The position numbers and the translations under genes were made by a program. Positions 24,466 to 37,716 of a stretch of DNA of 64,000 nucleotides are shown one piece after another (position 1 is the first letter of the stretch; each line of letters opens with the position of its first letter). The notes beneath the pieces were generated by a model. It worked only from the letters and a program-made list of their open reading frames with translations, made no database searches and had not been told where the DNA came from. The DNA is taken from assembly GCA_951406725.2 (NCBI GenBank), contig OX597818.1, positions 113,522,001-113,586,000 of the forward strand. Reading direction: 5' to 3'. The DNA comes from Octopus vulgaris. Taxonomy: Eukaryota.

Positions 24466-25870
24466 TATGTCCGCGTGTGTATGTGTGCGTGCGTGCGTGC
24501 ATGTGTGTTCACAGAGTTGGTGCGAAAGAGTGTGTGAGTGAATATGTGAGCGTATGATGAAACTGTTAGAGAGAGATGGAGGAGAAAGAGAGAAAGAAAG
24601 TGAGTGAGTGAGTGAGTGAGTTAGTGAGTGAGTGAGTGAGTGAGTGAGTGAGTTAGTGAGTGAGTGAGTGAGTGAGTGAGTGAGTGGGTGAGAAAGGGAT
24701 GGAATGGCAGATGTTGGCTCTGTTAGTGTGGAAATACAACGAATCTTACCAGCTGCCACTTCCGAATGTCAGCATGACACTACTTTCCTACGTGGCGTGA
24801 TAATAACATGGTGAAAAAAGCATATAATGCAATTGTGCAAAGAAGAGAAAAACCTGGTGGAAAGTACAATAAAACGAAACAGCACCATTCAGAGTGAATG
24901 TAAGCTCGCATAAAATTCAGAAATCTTGGAGCTTATCGTAATAATCATCAATAAAATACGTTCACCACACGCTAAGTCCTTGTTTTTATCTCTCTATTCC
25001 AAACATCCAAAACTAACATTGTTATGGTAGATCTTTTTTATGTTTTTTTTTATTTTCGACAAACATACAGTTCTACACGTCACATCAAAAACGAACAAGA
25101 GAAACATTAGCAATGAAAAAGAAATTAATGAGAAACGTGCAGTATATATCTACACGCTCATAATTGTAACTATAAACATTTGTTTGCTACGTATTAAAAC
25201 AAACTGCAAAAACATCATCACCAGAATGGAGAGATTTCCTATATGTTCATAAAGGGAGTTTATTAACTCGCTATCCATAGCTACAATGCTCTTTTCAGAT
25301 GTTAAAAATCTACATTGTTCATATACCAACAGAATACATTGTCAAAAATAAAACAGTACACTGCTCTTAATCTGTCATTGACGAAATCCCTGGACGGAAT
25401 ATGTTGTTTTTTGTTTTTTTCCAAAAATGACACAAGCATTAAAACTAACAATACACCAAAGACAAAGAAAATTTCTTTCAGAAATTATTGCGTTCCTTTG
25501 TCTGTAATAATGGCTGATTTCCCTCATCAGACTTCGCTCATACGGCAGCAATGCAATGAGTCGCCTCCACTAATTCGTCTCAATTTATTTTATTGCCCAA
25601 TTAAGGGAGAAAATCGATCAGACAAAAACAAAAAGGATACAACTAGGACGGAGTCGAAAACCATTTTTTGCATACCATACACATTCTTCCACCTCTCTGT
25701 TTCCATCTCTTTTTTCTCTCTCTCTCCGTCTCCTTGCCTCCATCTGTGTGTCTCTCGCTTTCTTTGTATGTGTGAGTGCGCGTGTGTGCCTCTGTGTGAC
25801 CGCGCGCGTGGTGTGTATGTATGTACGTATGCGTGTGTATACATACACACACACACACACACACACACAT

Positions 25871-25931
<61 letters not shown>

Positions 25932-26012
25932 TTATGTATATTTGATTTTAATATTTTGCCTGTACGGCTTGTAGTCACTGCCACTAGCGATGGTAATTTT
26001 AATAGTACTATC

Positions 26013-26218
26013 GCTCTCTGTGTTTAGCCCCTTGTGGGTAATAAAGAAATAGGTATTTCGTGTCTTTACGTTCTGAGTTCAAATTCCGCTGAGGTCAACT
26101 TTGCCTTTCATCCTTTCGGGGTCGATAAACTAAGTACTAGTTGCGTACTGGGGTTGATCTAATTGACTGGGTCCTTCCCTAAAACTTTCGGGCTTTTTGC
26201 CTAGAGTAGAAAAGAATA
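26013..26218 (+). mobile_element. A2 tail fused to a headless A1 SINE
   Basis: CTCTGTGTTTAGCCCCTTGTGGGTAATAAAGAAATA|GGTATTTCG.. through to the A1 tail. Confidence 0.85.
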
Positions 26219-27089
26219 TTTCCTTCGGCCAGGTTTCTCTCACCTGGCATCGTTCTACCACAGACTATAGTAGAAAATACGTTCTCAGGACGACATCATA
26301 TTGAGATTGAACATGGAACCATGTGGCTTGCAAAACTGACCTTTTATAACCACGTGGCTATGGCGGTGGACATTACTGTTGATATCAATTTTAACACAAG
26401 ACCACTGCCACAAATTTTTCAGAAAGCACCATAGCCGTCAGTATTTACCCCGGCATTAAATATGACCCCTAATCACCTTAAACCACTCCCCTACCGAACG
26501 CATGAAAGCCAAATTCGAGCCGATTTGAATCTTAACTATGAACATAAAGGGACGAAATTAAATATTATACGATATTTAATCCGACTGTTTGTCATTCAAG
26601 TAGTAAAATTGATATTATATTACTGTGACGCATCATGTGGACGGAATTATAATAGAAGCTGGTTTCTGCCATTGCTTCACGTTGCTATATCGTTTCCATC
26701 ACCTCTGCGATGGTAATAATAACAGTAATAGCAATGATCATAATATACGATCTTAGAGAGTTACAAGGTCACATATTTGAGGGGAAGGAAGGTGGAGAGT
26801 GGATTGCTTTTAATTACCCCCACCGACACCATCCACTCTGACTTGAATCCCTTTTGTGTAGGTTAATAAAACCAAGTCGATTCTGGCAGTATTTGACCTC
26901 AGAATATAAATACTATTTCAGCTAATTCTTCTATAACTCCAACAGCAACAGTTTCACCATCCATTGCATCCATTTCTTAATGCTTCGTGGTTAGGACATT
27001 GAAAAAGGCAATTGTTTAACACAACATAAAATTTGTGCGAGCGTGTATGTGATTTCATTATATTGCTGCGTATGGCGACCATCTCCCAC

Positions 27090-27133
<44 letters not shown>

Positions 27134-27271
27134 CGATTCTGCCAATCTGTCAGCCTTAATAATTGCTTCGAAACAGCAATTAATTATATAATATCACCAA
27201 AGCATTCATAGATATAAACAATTTCATTGATGAAACGTTAATTTCCCCATGTGTCAACTCCAACACCTTTT

Positions 27272-27610
27272 AGCTTTCTTCTTCCTCTTCTTTTTCTTCT
27301 TCTTCTTCTTCTTCTTCTTCTTCTTCTTCTTCTTCTTCTTCTTCTTCTTCCTCGTCTTCTTCTTCTTCCTCGTCTTCTTCTTCTTCTTCTTCTTCCTCGT
27401 CTTCTTCTTCTTCCTCGTCTTCTTCTTCTTTCTTCTTCTTCTTCCTCCTCTTCTTCTTATTCTTCCTCTCCTTCTTCTTCTTTTTCTTCTTCTTCGACAT
27501 CTTCAATTTCTCCAATTTCTTCACTTTCTTCATCTTCGTCTTCAATTTCAATTTCTTCTACAATTTCTTCAATTTTTTCTTCAACTTCTTCACCTTCTTT
27601 TTCTTCTTTG
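27272..27610. repeat. (TTC)n microsatellite, degenerate toward the LINE end
   Basis: Directly visible; the poly-E/F/L ORFs derive from it. Confidence 0.95.
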
Positions 27611-28010
27611 TTTGATTTCAATTTTATTGCACCTTCCAGTTGGGTCTCAGTGATAGATCTGAGGCACGTATATATTTGATGGGGGAAAAAAACTTCCTGA
27701 GAAGGTGAGTGATAGATGTCAGCACAATTTTTTTGGACTTCGTTGATTCTTGGTTTCTCGGGGTTTTAGTCAAAATATTTGTCAGTACCCTTCTTGATCA
27801 TTCCCAGGGCTCACACTATAACAGGGATTGTTTTGGTTCTTAATTGCCACATCCTAGACGTCTCAATATCAAGGTCCTTGAATTTCGATAGTTTTTTTTA
27901 TTCTTTGGCTAAAATGTTTCTATCACTAGGCACCGCCATATGTTTTTTGTCTTATGTCTTGTATAACGATATCTGTCCTGTTTTCATTTGTTTGCCCATC
28001 TCTATGTATT
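27610..28010 (-). mobile_element. R4/Dong LINE 3' end (REL endonuclease + 3' UTR)
   Basis: Translates to NRTDIVIQD..MAVPSDRNILAKE*KKLSKFKDLDIETSRMWQLRTKTIPVIV*ALGMIKKG..VQKIVLTSITHLLRK, followed by a short UTR with AATAAA. Confidence 0.85.
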
Positions 28011-28559
28011 GCTTGAAGGAAATGTAGAGACTGTGTCAAGAAAAATCAATGCATGACAATGCCCCAAACAAGCCGGGGAAGCATTTGTAGATATACGAAG
28101 AACTCCTCAGTGGCTGCAGAGCAATGCTTTGAAAGTCTATAAGATGGTAACATTCTCTACTTCAGCGACTGGCCCTGGATGCTGTTTGTATGGCATGTGG
28201 TCATAACAATTCATAGTGCCGGCATATGCTCCACTGCAAGTATTGGCCAACTCGATCATGCTTGGCTTTATATTCTGTAGGGACAAAGAACTGAGCAAGC
28301 GGCAACAATGTGGTTAATGATATCAAGCCTTTCATTGCAGAGTCTACACTTTGTATCTGCCCCCATTTTGAGTGACATTAGCTTGATAGTTCAGGATTAG
28401 GATACTCTGATCCTCTGCCACAGGATAAATCGACTGTCAAAGCAGTGCTCTACAGCCACAGATGAGTTCTTCGCATATCTACATATGCTTCCCCGGCTTG
28501 TTTGGGGCATTGCCCATGCATTGACTTTCCTTGTCACAGTATCTACATTTCCTTCAAGC
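28011..28559. mobile_element. MITE-like element with ~130-bp terminal inverted repeats
   Basis: GCTTGAAGGAAATGTAGA..(28011-28140) versus ..TCTACATTTCCTTCAAGC (28429-28559). It sits between LINE fragments with no clear TSD. Confidence 0.85.
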
Positions 28560-28793
28560 TTTCCTTTTTGGCTTTTGTCTTACACTTTTCTACTGTCGTA
28601 GTGGGTGGTGTGTCTTCATTATCATCATCATAGTCAGGGAAGTTAAACTCTCATCTGTATTTATATACCTCCTTTGAGAGTGAGAGCAATTTTTACCCTG
28701 TGGTATTCAGTGGAATATTTGCTGTAGCCCATCTTTTATACCAAGACAAAACATTGTACATGATAACACTTCCAATCAGTTAAGATGAGAAGT

Positions 28794-28874
28794 CATGAGA
28801 ACCACTGCCTGGTGCTGCATCATGGCATCCAGAAACCATGAGAGCCACTGCCTGGTACTGCATCAGGGCATTTG

Positions 28875-28918
<44 letters not shown>

Positions 28919-28919
28919 A

Positions 28920-28950
<31 letters not shown>

Positions 28951-29010
28951 GGTGGTGGTGGTGGTGGTGGTGGTGGTGGTGGTGGCGGCGGTGTTGTTGT
29001 TGTTGTTGTT
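28794..29010. repeat. 43-bp-period tandem duplication followed by (GCT)(GTT)(GGT)(GTT) microsatellite
   Basis: CATGAGA.CCACTGCCTGGT.CTGCATCA.GGCAT at 28794 and 28837. Confidence 0.85.
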
Positions 29011-29139
29011 TTGTATGGGTCACCATATCTAATAAAGGTTGAACAAAAGAATGTCTGGAAATGTTATATAACATTTGCAACTATTTTTGAAATAAGAATG
29101 CTTCAATTTATGTTGAAATAATGGGTAAATCTCTATGCC

Positions 29140-29910
29140 ACATCCGGTACCCTTTGAAGACATTCATTTCTTCTTCCATTAATCTATTGGTCAGCAACAT
29201 ATCTAAGTGCTCGTATCTCTCATTATTTCTTAATGATCTAACGGCATTGTCTTGTAGTAGTTTTATATCATCAGATTTAATCTTTCAGCATTTCTTCCTT
29301 ATTAAAACTGCACAATTATTTGTTCTAACCCGCATTTCAATGACCATTTTAAACATTCTTACTGCTTGAATTAGAGAATCCAATTCTTTTTCCTTTTTCC
29401 AGCACAGTTTGGGTTGCTCCAAACAAACTTCCAATTTCTTTCTTAAATCTTTGTTTCGGGTTTTCTCGCATGATTAGTTGGTTTTTCATATTCTTGGTGT
29501 CTCTGTGGAACTAACAACATCACTGTATTTCTTCGAACACATTTTCCTTTCACAGTTTCTCCTGCTTCGGTATGGACATTTCTCTTCAAGTTTCTCGCAT
29601 ACAAATCCTAGTCCTATTGCAACATTTTAAAGTAGCTCTTCACTCTTTCCAAGATAATGGTTTACTGACCTTTTTTCTCTCCAGATATTCAATCAGTAAG
29701 TTTTTTTTCCCCTTCGTGTATAAACAATTGGCATTTGCTTTTGAATGAAATGCTCCCTGAATGGTTGGGCTTTCTCTCGATTTTCTCTCGAATGCATGTT
29801 TCATTTTTCGCTCAACTCACAATTCCAGCACTACAATGCATGACGGCAACCACTGACGCGTTGAACAGATTTATCAGATTCTTTGTATTAAATTTAGATT
29901 TATAATTATT
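29140..29910 (-). mobile_element. R4/Dong LINE RT and post-RT fragments
   Basis: 29140-29410 reads KLCWKKEKELDSLIQAVRMF..NCAVLI..SDDIKL..YEHLDML. 29410-29910 reads IIKSKFNTKNLINLFNASVVAVMHCSAGIVS..GAFHSKANANCLY..FKKEIGSLFGATQ. Confidence 0.75.
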
Positions 29911-31965
29911 AATGTTGCTGCTGTCGTTGTTGTTGTTGTTTTTGTTGTTATTTGACGTATGAAGTCGCACGATTTATCGCTCTGTCGCATATGGACAATT
30001 TCCAAGCATAACATGAGAAAAACAAACATTTTTTTTTTAAATATATTTTCTTATAGAACTTTTCTAGAACACCCTAAGCTTTCTCTCTCATTCATGGAGA
30101 GAAAAACGGTTTCTCATTTTATAGACTTTTAAATATAATTTTATTCCTGCTTACATTGAAACCAAAATGGCTTCCAGCCACAAAGACAAAACAGCCCCCA
30201 ACCTCCGTGAAACTCAACTGAAAGCAACATCACAGGAAACGCTGAAGCGAAACGGGAAAAAATTAATGACACAACAGAGCGTAAACATATCAGAAGTAGA
30301 AATTATAATGACTTTGATAGAAAGCCGTGGTATTAGCTTGAATGTTCGCAGTAATAAGGTAAACAACAACAAGAATGCGCACGCGCGTGCACACACATAC
30401 ACACACATATACACACACTGAAACACATTTATTTTGGCTGACACTATGTAACGAAAGCGAGCTCAAGTGCAAAACAATGAAGGTAACCTTTGCGTTTCCA
30501 GAGTCAGGAGTGTGTTTGCGGTTTCTAAATATCAGTTGACAGTCGATGTGTGGAGTGAGATATTCTCTCTCAGAAAAAGAAGATACTGACGTCACAAACA
30601 GGACACTTGAGCAAGTACAATAGGTACCAGCTGAATAGGAGACGAAAAATTATATGGGTTACGGAGAGGAACTTCGGAAAGAATCGGAGAGTTACTGTGA
30701 GCGACATCGGAGATGACGTTGACACCTGACTCAATGAGTCCCCTCTTGTTTGTCCCCTCTATGTTTAACCCCCTGTGAGCAATAAAGAAATATATATGTG
30801 GGGTGAGGGTTATGTGTGGGAAGGGGGGGCACGACGGATTTCTTTCAGTTTCCGTCTGCTAAATCCACTCACAAGGCTTAGGTTGGCCTCAGGCTAACTC
30901 AAAAGACACCTGCCGAAGATGCCACGCAGTGGGACTGAACCTGGAAACATGTGGCTGAGAAACACTGCGCCTATATGAGAAAACATTTTTAAAATTTGAG
31001 AAATTATCTCTTGTAAACAGCGTCAGTGGGTCCAGTCTCCGCTTCCCGAAGATTAAACAGAAATGTTTTTCAAACCCATGGTGTAAACTCGCTTTCCGCA
31101 TTTAGCAGTAATAAAATTTCGAGTGGATGTATCCACTTTCCGCGTTCAAAGGGTTAAGCAGGTCCACTATGTACAACCCATTTATACTGCAAACGTCAAC
31201 TTCATTGTAAGTGGCCATCGAGATATAGAAGATGTCAATGGTTTAAATTCTTTGACCTCAGTCCTCTTCTTATCGAACAACAGGATTTTAATTCAAGCTT
31301 GATTATTTCAATATCCACTTCATCAATGCTGACTTTATCTACTGGCGAATTTTATAGCTTCAACCTTAAGGATCTAGATATCAAACAGGTGAAGCCGATC
31401 TTATCGCATTTATGTACAACTGGTCCTACTCACATTTCTAGTGACTCTCACCCAGCAGAAACTGTGACTGTTTGCTTCCATTCGAAGCTTAATCACCTTC
31501 ATAATTTTCTGATTTAGATTTCTTAATTTGCACGCGAGTGTGTATGTGTGTGTGCAACGGACGTCAACATTTCCTTCGACCAAATGTGTGTGTGTGTGTG
31601 TCTTTTGCTTTTTGAGTGTTTTGCTTATGAAGTCTATTTTTGTTTTAGCCCAGTTTATTAATGTACACCAGGTTCATTTGTGAAGTTTATTTTGTGATAC
31701 TTTCGCCTTCAAAATGCTCCTCATTTAACCTACACATTCCATTCTCTTCGTTTATCTTAGTGCTTTGTTGTTATAATTGAGCACTAATCCATTACATCTA
31801 TTGTTATCAACCTGATAGAAGTTATTCGTCATGTCCGAAAACGTCTTTGATACTAGAATCATTTTTCTTTTTATTGGAATCGGTCAAGCAAAGACCTGTA
31901 AAGGAAACAACTCTATAGCTCCGGTCACTTGATGTCCTTACTGTGCAGTTAAAAAAAAAAAGACT

Positions 31966-32526
31966 TGCCCTCCGTCGGTCACGCCGACGCCGCGGGTTCC
32001 TGTTGATCCAATCAGCTGAGCAACCTGCTCGTGAATTCAACGTGCAAGAGGCTGAGCCGTCCACTGACACGCGCATAACCCGCTAAACGCTGTTCTAAAG
32101 GAGATTCAGTGTGACACAGAATGTGACAATTACAAGCACAATTCCTTTTTGCCAGCTGAGTGGACTGGAGCAATGTGATATAAAGTATCTTACTAAAAGT
32201 CACAACACGCTGCCGGGAATCGAACTCACAACCGTGAGTCGAATACCCCTTGACTACTAAACCTGTTTCTTTATTATCCACAAGGGGCTAAACACAGAGG
32301 GGACAAACAAGGACAGACAAACGGATTAAGTCGATTACATCGACCCCAGTGCGTACCTGGTACTTAGTTTAACGACCCCGAAAGGATGAAAGGCAAAGTC
32401 GACCTCGGCGGAATTTGAACTCAGAACGTAGCGGTAGAAGAAATACGGCTACGCATTTCACCCGGTGTGCTAACGTTTCTGCCAGCTCGCCGCCTTCCCC
32501 TTGACTAGTAAACGACCTGCCTTCAT
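31966..32526 (-). mobile_element. SINE D carrying a full-length A2 SINE (32264-32496) inserted in its A box
   Basis: 17-bp TSD CCCCTTGACTA(C/G)TAAAC at 32246-32262 and 32497-32513. Confidence 0.9.
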
Positions 32527-33631
32527 ACTGTACATTTTAGCCTTTTACGGGTTACTATACTGGTTTATCAACCAGTGTGCAATGTGCGTGTTCTGTCTTT
32601 TTACCTGTTTAGTTGCTAGTCTATTTACTGACCAGTTTGTCTTATAAGCTAGTTTTCATTACTTAGCAAGTGGGACAAAGTTATCAAAGATGTTCAAGCA
32701 ATGATTATGCCATTTTTGACAGAAAGAGTCTACCTTAGATTGCGTTATCTAATGTATTTTTCTTAATTCAGTATGGTGTAAACTGCAGAAGATTTGACTG
32801 TTATTTCTAGTAGCTCGAAAAACCAAGAAGGGTCTTCCTTCAATGTCCTGTAATGGGGATTGTAAATACGAGCAACATGAGACAGTTTTTGTATCTTTGC
32901 ATTTAACATTACCATTGCAGATCGAGCAGACATCTGGTTAATATTATTCCAGCCATGACTATTAAAATGTCTTCTTTTTAAATACTTAAAACTACATTGT
33001 CGCCCGATTTCACATCGCCACATCGCTTGTGGGATCCTTTATTCGACTTCTTTCTATGGTAAGCATTTTTGCCAGTTTCTCCGGTCTGAAGATAACTTTG
33101 CCGGTTATGAGTCGCCTATTTAAGTGAGAACTATATTTGTGACATGTAAGCGATACAAACTTGCACCTAGATTATTATTGTTGTTGTTGTTGTTGTTGTC
33201 TATTTAATCAAGTACCAAAATCGACGCGTTTATTCGTTGACTACACAATCAACAACACAGGAAATTTCCTTGTGTACCGACTCTGGAAATCATTACATCT
33301 TTGTTTTAAATATGTGGGATACATTTAAACAGATGCGACACACGATCCACAATTTTCATTCAAACGAAAACTTTATTTTGAATAAAAGAAAATTGTTGAC
33401 GGTGCATTGGAAGGTAGATTTGAAGCATTCACGTTCTGTATCGAACATGTTCTCACTACTTCTGCCATGGAACTTAAGATTATATATAAAAGCACCGACC
33501 CATGCAAAGATCTACTCTGGTCGCAGGATATTATGAAACACACTCAGTTCGATCCTTCGTCTTTACACAAAGTCAAATGAAGCAACTAAGTTACCAATAA
33601 AACAAAGTAATTTACTGTTCGGTCTCTTACT

Positions 33632-33865
33632 TATTTCTTTATTACCCACAAGAGGCTAAACACAGAGAGAACAAACAAGGACAGACAAACGGATTAAGTC
33701 GATAGTATCGACCCCAGTGCGTAACTTGTACTTATTTAATCGATCCCGAAAGGATGAAAGGCAAAGTCGACCTCGGCGGAATTTGAACTCAGAACGTAAC
33801 GGCAGATGAAATACCACTAAGCATTTCGCCCGGCGTACTAACGATTCTGCCAGCTCGCCGCCTTA
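33632..33865 (-). mobile_element. Full-length SINE A2
   Basis: 15-bp TSD GTTCGGTCTC(T/A)TACT at 33617-33631 and 33866-33880. Confidence 0.93.
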
Positions 33866-34321
33866 GTTCGGTCTCATACTATCAATTTTGCAGCTCGTTT
33901 ATCGGTCCGGATATGATAGCTTTCTTCAGCTAGGCAACTCATTCATCAGTCATATGTACAACTAACCAGCTTGCTATGTATTCCGACATTACGGCATCCA
34001 CTACAGTAACCAACGACTAACCACAGTTTTAGTTTAGTTCTACATCCAAACACTTCTTTCAGTTTCTCTGCATGAAGTAAGCCAAACTTCGACAGGCTAC
34101 TGAAACATTGATGATATGAATGAATGCACAGTCTACTGTTACAAGCCATCACAGCTTAAAGCTAATAGCTATTTCAGCTTACAGTTCAAGTTACATATCC
34201 CCTTCAGTCCTGCAACAAACGAATCTCTACTTCAACACCGGAATTATTAATCATCTACTTTCAATACGACACATGTTCTTAACGGACCAAATACCAAAGA
34301 CTGAGAATTGTCTATCATTTC

Positions 34322-34392
<71 letters not shown>

Positions 34393-34809
34393 TCTCTCTC
34401 TCTCACTCACTCACTCACTCACTCACTCACTCTTCCTATATATATATCCTTCGCTCCATCTCTCTCTCCTCTCTCACACACATCCTCTCTTTACGTGCCA
34501 CTCTAAAAAGTGTAACTGAAGTTCACTAAAACCTTATATAATACATTTTCTATATAAAAACAACTTCATGTCGACGTTGCAGTTACTTGTTGCTGTTGTT
34601 GTTGTTTTGTTTCTCAACCTTTAAAAGCCATGAATCACTAAAAAAAAAAAAAAAGGCAGAGATTTGTGCCATTTCTTAACAACAAAGTCTTTGGATAAAC
34701 GTTTGATCAGCTCGAAACAACATCCAAATTTCCTTTCGACCAACGCCTTCAAAATGTTAGTTTCTAAGCCTACACTGGTTACTCGTTGACATATCTGGAA
34801 CATTTTTAG

Positions 34810-34951
34810 ACTTACAGTTCTATAATTAAGAGATGAGGAATTATGTACATTATTTACATTATTTACATTATCTACATTTGACGGATATTTATCCTCATCT
34901 TGTTTGTTGTTAACACAACGTTTCGGCTGATAAACCCTACAACCTTCATCA

Positions 34952-34953
<2 letters not shown>
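34810..34953 (-). mobile_element. Penelope-like pseudo-LTR fragment with minimal hammerhead core
   Basis: Minus strand CTGATGA-AGGTTG..CAGCC-GAAAC-GTT-GTGTT. A second, 5'-truncated copy lies on + at 56242-56348. Confidence 0.65.
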
Positions 34954-35340
<387 letters not shown>

Positions 35341-36171
35341 AAATTCAAACTTGTAATATTTCAGTATTAACGAATCTAGTTTATTGTTATAATAGCAGTT
35401 TAGTCTTTCCACCAAGCTCTGCGTAAAGCAATGAACAAACGACCGTGTATCACGAAGAGAAAGGAATTTGGAGGAAGAAGGGACTTGAACCAAAACGTCA
35501 GAGCTCACGTCTTGGTCACAGATAAATTTGCTTCTATTTTATGGTGGTGATAACTCTATATATACTTCTTTCCTTTTTTTTTACTTCTCAGACAATTACT
35601 CGTTTTCTCAAGCACAACTTGGTCTTGTTTGTAACTTTTTATTGTTATATATATCATGTCCTTTCTCTTTGTTTTGTGGGGTTTTTTTATAAAATTCTAG
35701 TCTACATATTTATTGCTGCTACAGTCGTTGTTTGGTTGTTGTTGTTGTTCTTCTTCTTGTTGTTGTTACCAGTGTTAAATTTGTCAGTGCTGCTGTTGTA
35801 TTTGTTGAGGTTTTATTATTATTTTATAGCTACTACTTTATTTTATTTATTATTTTCATGTTAATGTTTTCTCTCGTTTACAATATACATTTTTAGTAGA
35901 CACTTGGGTATAAAATTTTGAAGAAGTTTTGATAAATGATAAATTATAAGAACAAGAAAACTGAATAACGTAGCAATATATATCACATATTATCGTATTG
36001 ACATTTGAGATAAATGGAAAAGTACTACGAGTGAGTAAAAACAAAAATAAAGTTATATGGTGGCAAAATATTATAGACTAACACTGGCCAAAACACAAAG
36101 GCATCTGTTTACAGTAACGTGGGATCGAACGTCCACTTATCTCATCTAGAAATAGTGTTTATAACATTGAA

Positions 36172-36390
36172 TTATTCTTTTCTACTCTAGGCACAAGGCC
36201 CGCAATTTTGGGGGAAGGGCCTGTCGATTAGATCGACTCCAGTACGCAACTGGTACTTAATTTATCGACCCTTGAAAGGATGAAAGGCAAAGTCGACCTG
36301 GGCGGAATTTGAACTCAGAACGTAGCGGTAGACGGAATACCGCTAAGCATTTCGCCCGACGTGCTAACGTTTCTGCCAGCTCGCCGCCTT
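36172..36390 (-). mobile_element. Full-length SINE A1
   Basis: Complete head GGCGGCGAGCTGGCAGAAACGTTAGC through the A1 tail; flanking repeat TTATAACATTG. Confidence 0.93.
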
Positions 36391-36472
36391 ATAACATTGT
36401 GTTATTACTAATATAGGAACAAAAGTTTTAACTGAAGAACATCAGGTGTTCATAGTGAGTGTAAATATGAAT

Positions 36473-36820
36473 GAGGAGGCGCAATGGCTCAGTGGTTAGG
36501 GCAGACCGGGCGTTGTGGGTGTTTATTGAGCGAAAACACCTAAAGCTTCACGACGCTCTGGCAGAAGGTGGTGGCGAACTCTGCTATGCTTTTTCACCAC
36601 AACTTTCTCTCACTCTTTCTTCTTGTTTCTGTTGTACCTTTATTTTGAAGGGCCAGCCTTGTCACACTCTGTGTCACGCTGAATCTCCCCGAGAACTACG
36701 TTCAGAGTACACGTATCTGTGGAGTGCTAGGCCACTTACTTGCACGTTAATTTCACGAACAGGCTTTTCCGTCGATCGGATCAACTGGAACATTCGTCGT
36801 CGCAACCGACGTAGTGCTAT
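36473..36820 (+). mobile_element. SINE C with deletion in the tRNA head
   Basis: C head joined to the C/D tail; the B-box region is missing. Confidence 0.88.
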
Positions 36821-37068
36821 GACAAATATGGATATCTGTCGCTTTCCATTTGCTCTCCTACATTTCTCAAGAGCTTTTGAGTTGTATTGAGGAATCGAAA
36901 CCGGATCGATGCACTAGTTCCTGCTCTAGCTACATTCATTCTGTGATACATGGAAGTGTCATCGAAAGTGCTTCTGTGTACTTATAAATTCTTTAGACAT
37001 TTCTGTTCCTCTTCACCACACCATGTACTACTTTGTATGTTGACAATTATGGTACTATGTGCGTTATT

Positions 37069-37292
37069 CCGCCGAGGTCGACTTTGCCTTTCATCCTTTC
37101 GGGGTCGATTAAATAAGTACCAGTTACGCACTGGGGTCGATATAAAAAAAAAATAAGAAATAGAACTTAGAAATGAGGAACAGAAAGAATAAAATATCAG
37201 TTCCATATGAAAGTCATGTGGTACTTGAGGTTTAGTTGCCTGTCCTTGTTTGTCCTCTGTGTGTTTAGCTCCTTGTGTGTAGTAAAGAAATA
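37069..37292 (+). mobile_element. 5'-truncated SINE A2 with internal ~90-bp insert
   Basis: 18-bp TSD GGTACT(A/G)TGTGCGTTATT at 37051-37068 and 37293-37310. Confidence 0.88.
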
Positions 37293-37676
37293 GGTACTGT
37301 GTGCGTTATTTTGCTGACTATTCCATTTTTGGAGTGGTTTCCTGTACTTGCTTAGAAATGAAAATAATCTCAGTCAACGTCACTTCATAATTATCTTCAG
37401 TTAGCTTTTTAATGGTTTCTGCATTAAAGAAGTTAGCGCTGATTTATTTTGTTTCATTATATATCGCCATTAGTGGACAATGGTGTTCTTAGATAAGATT
37501 TCCATCGAATCAAGCAATGATTCACTGCATTTATGAGAGAACAATTGACGATACAAAGGAAACGTTTTCGAAGAGTTTCTGCGTGTAGTTTGGCAGTTTC
37601 TCTTATTGTTATCCATATCCTTCAATGGTATACATCAGTAAACGACACACATATATGCATTACACATGAAAGTAGG

Positions 37677-37716
<40 letters not shown>

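Noticed and set aside
24750-24787. 38-nt minus-strand exon candidate (TAG|GAAAG..CTG|GTAAGA)
   Set aside because: Joining it to the other candidates gives immediate stops, and there is no independent support.
31140-31157. piggyBac-like end AAAGGG|TTAA
   Set aside because: No matching left end was found.
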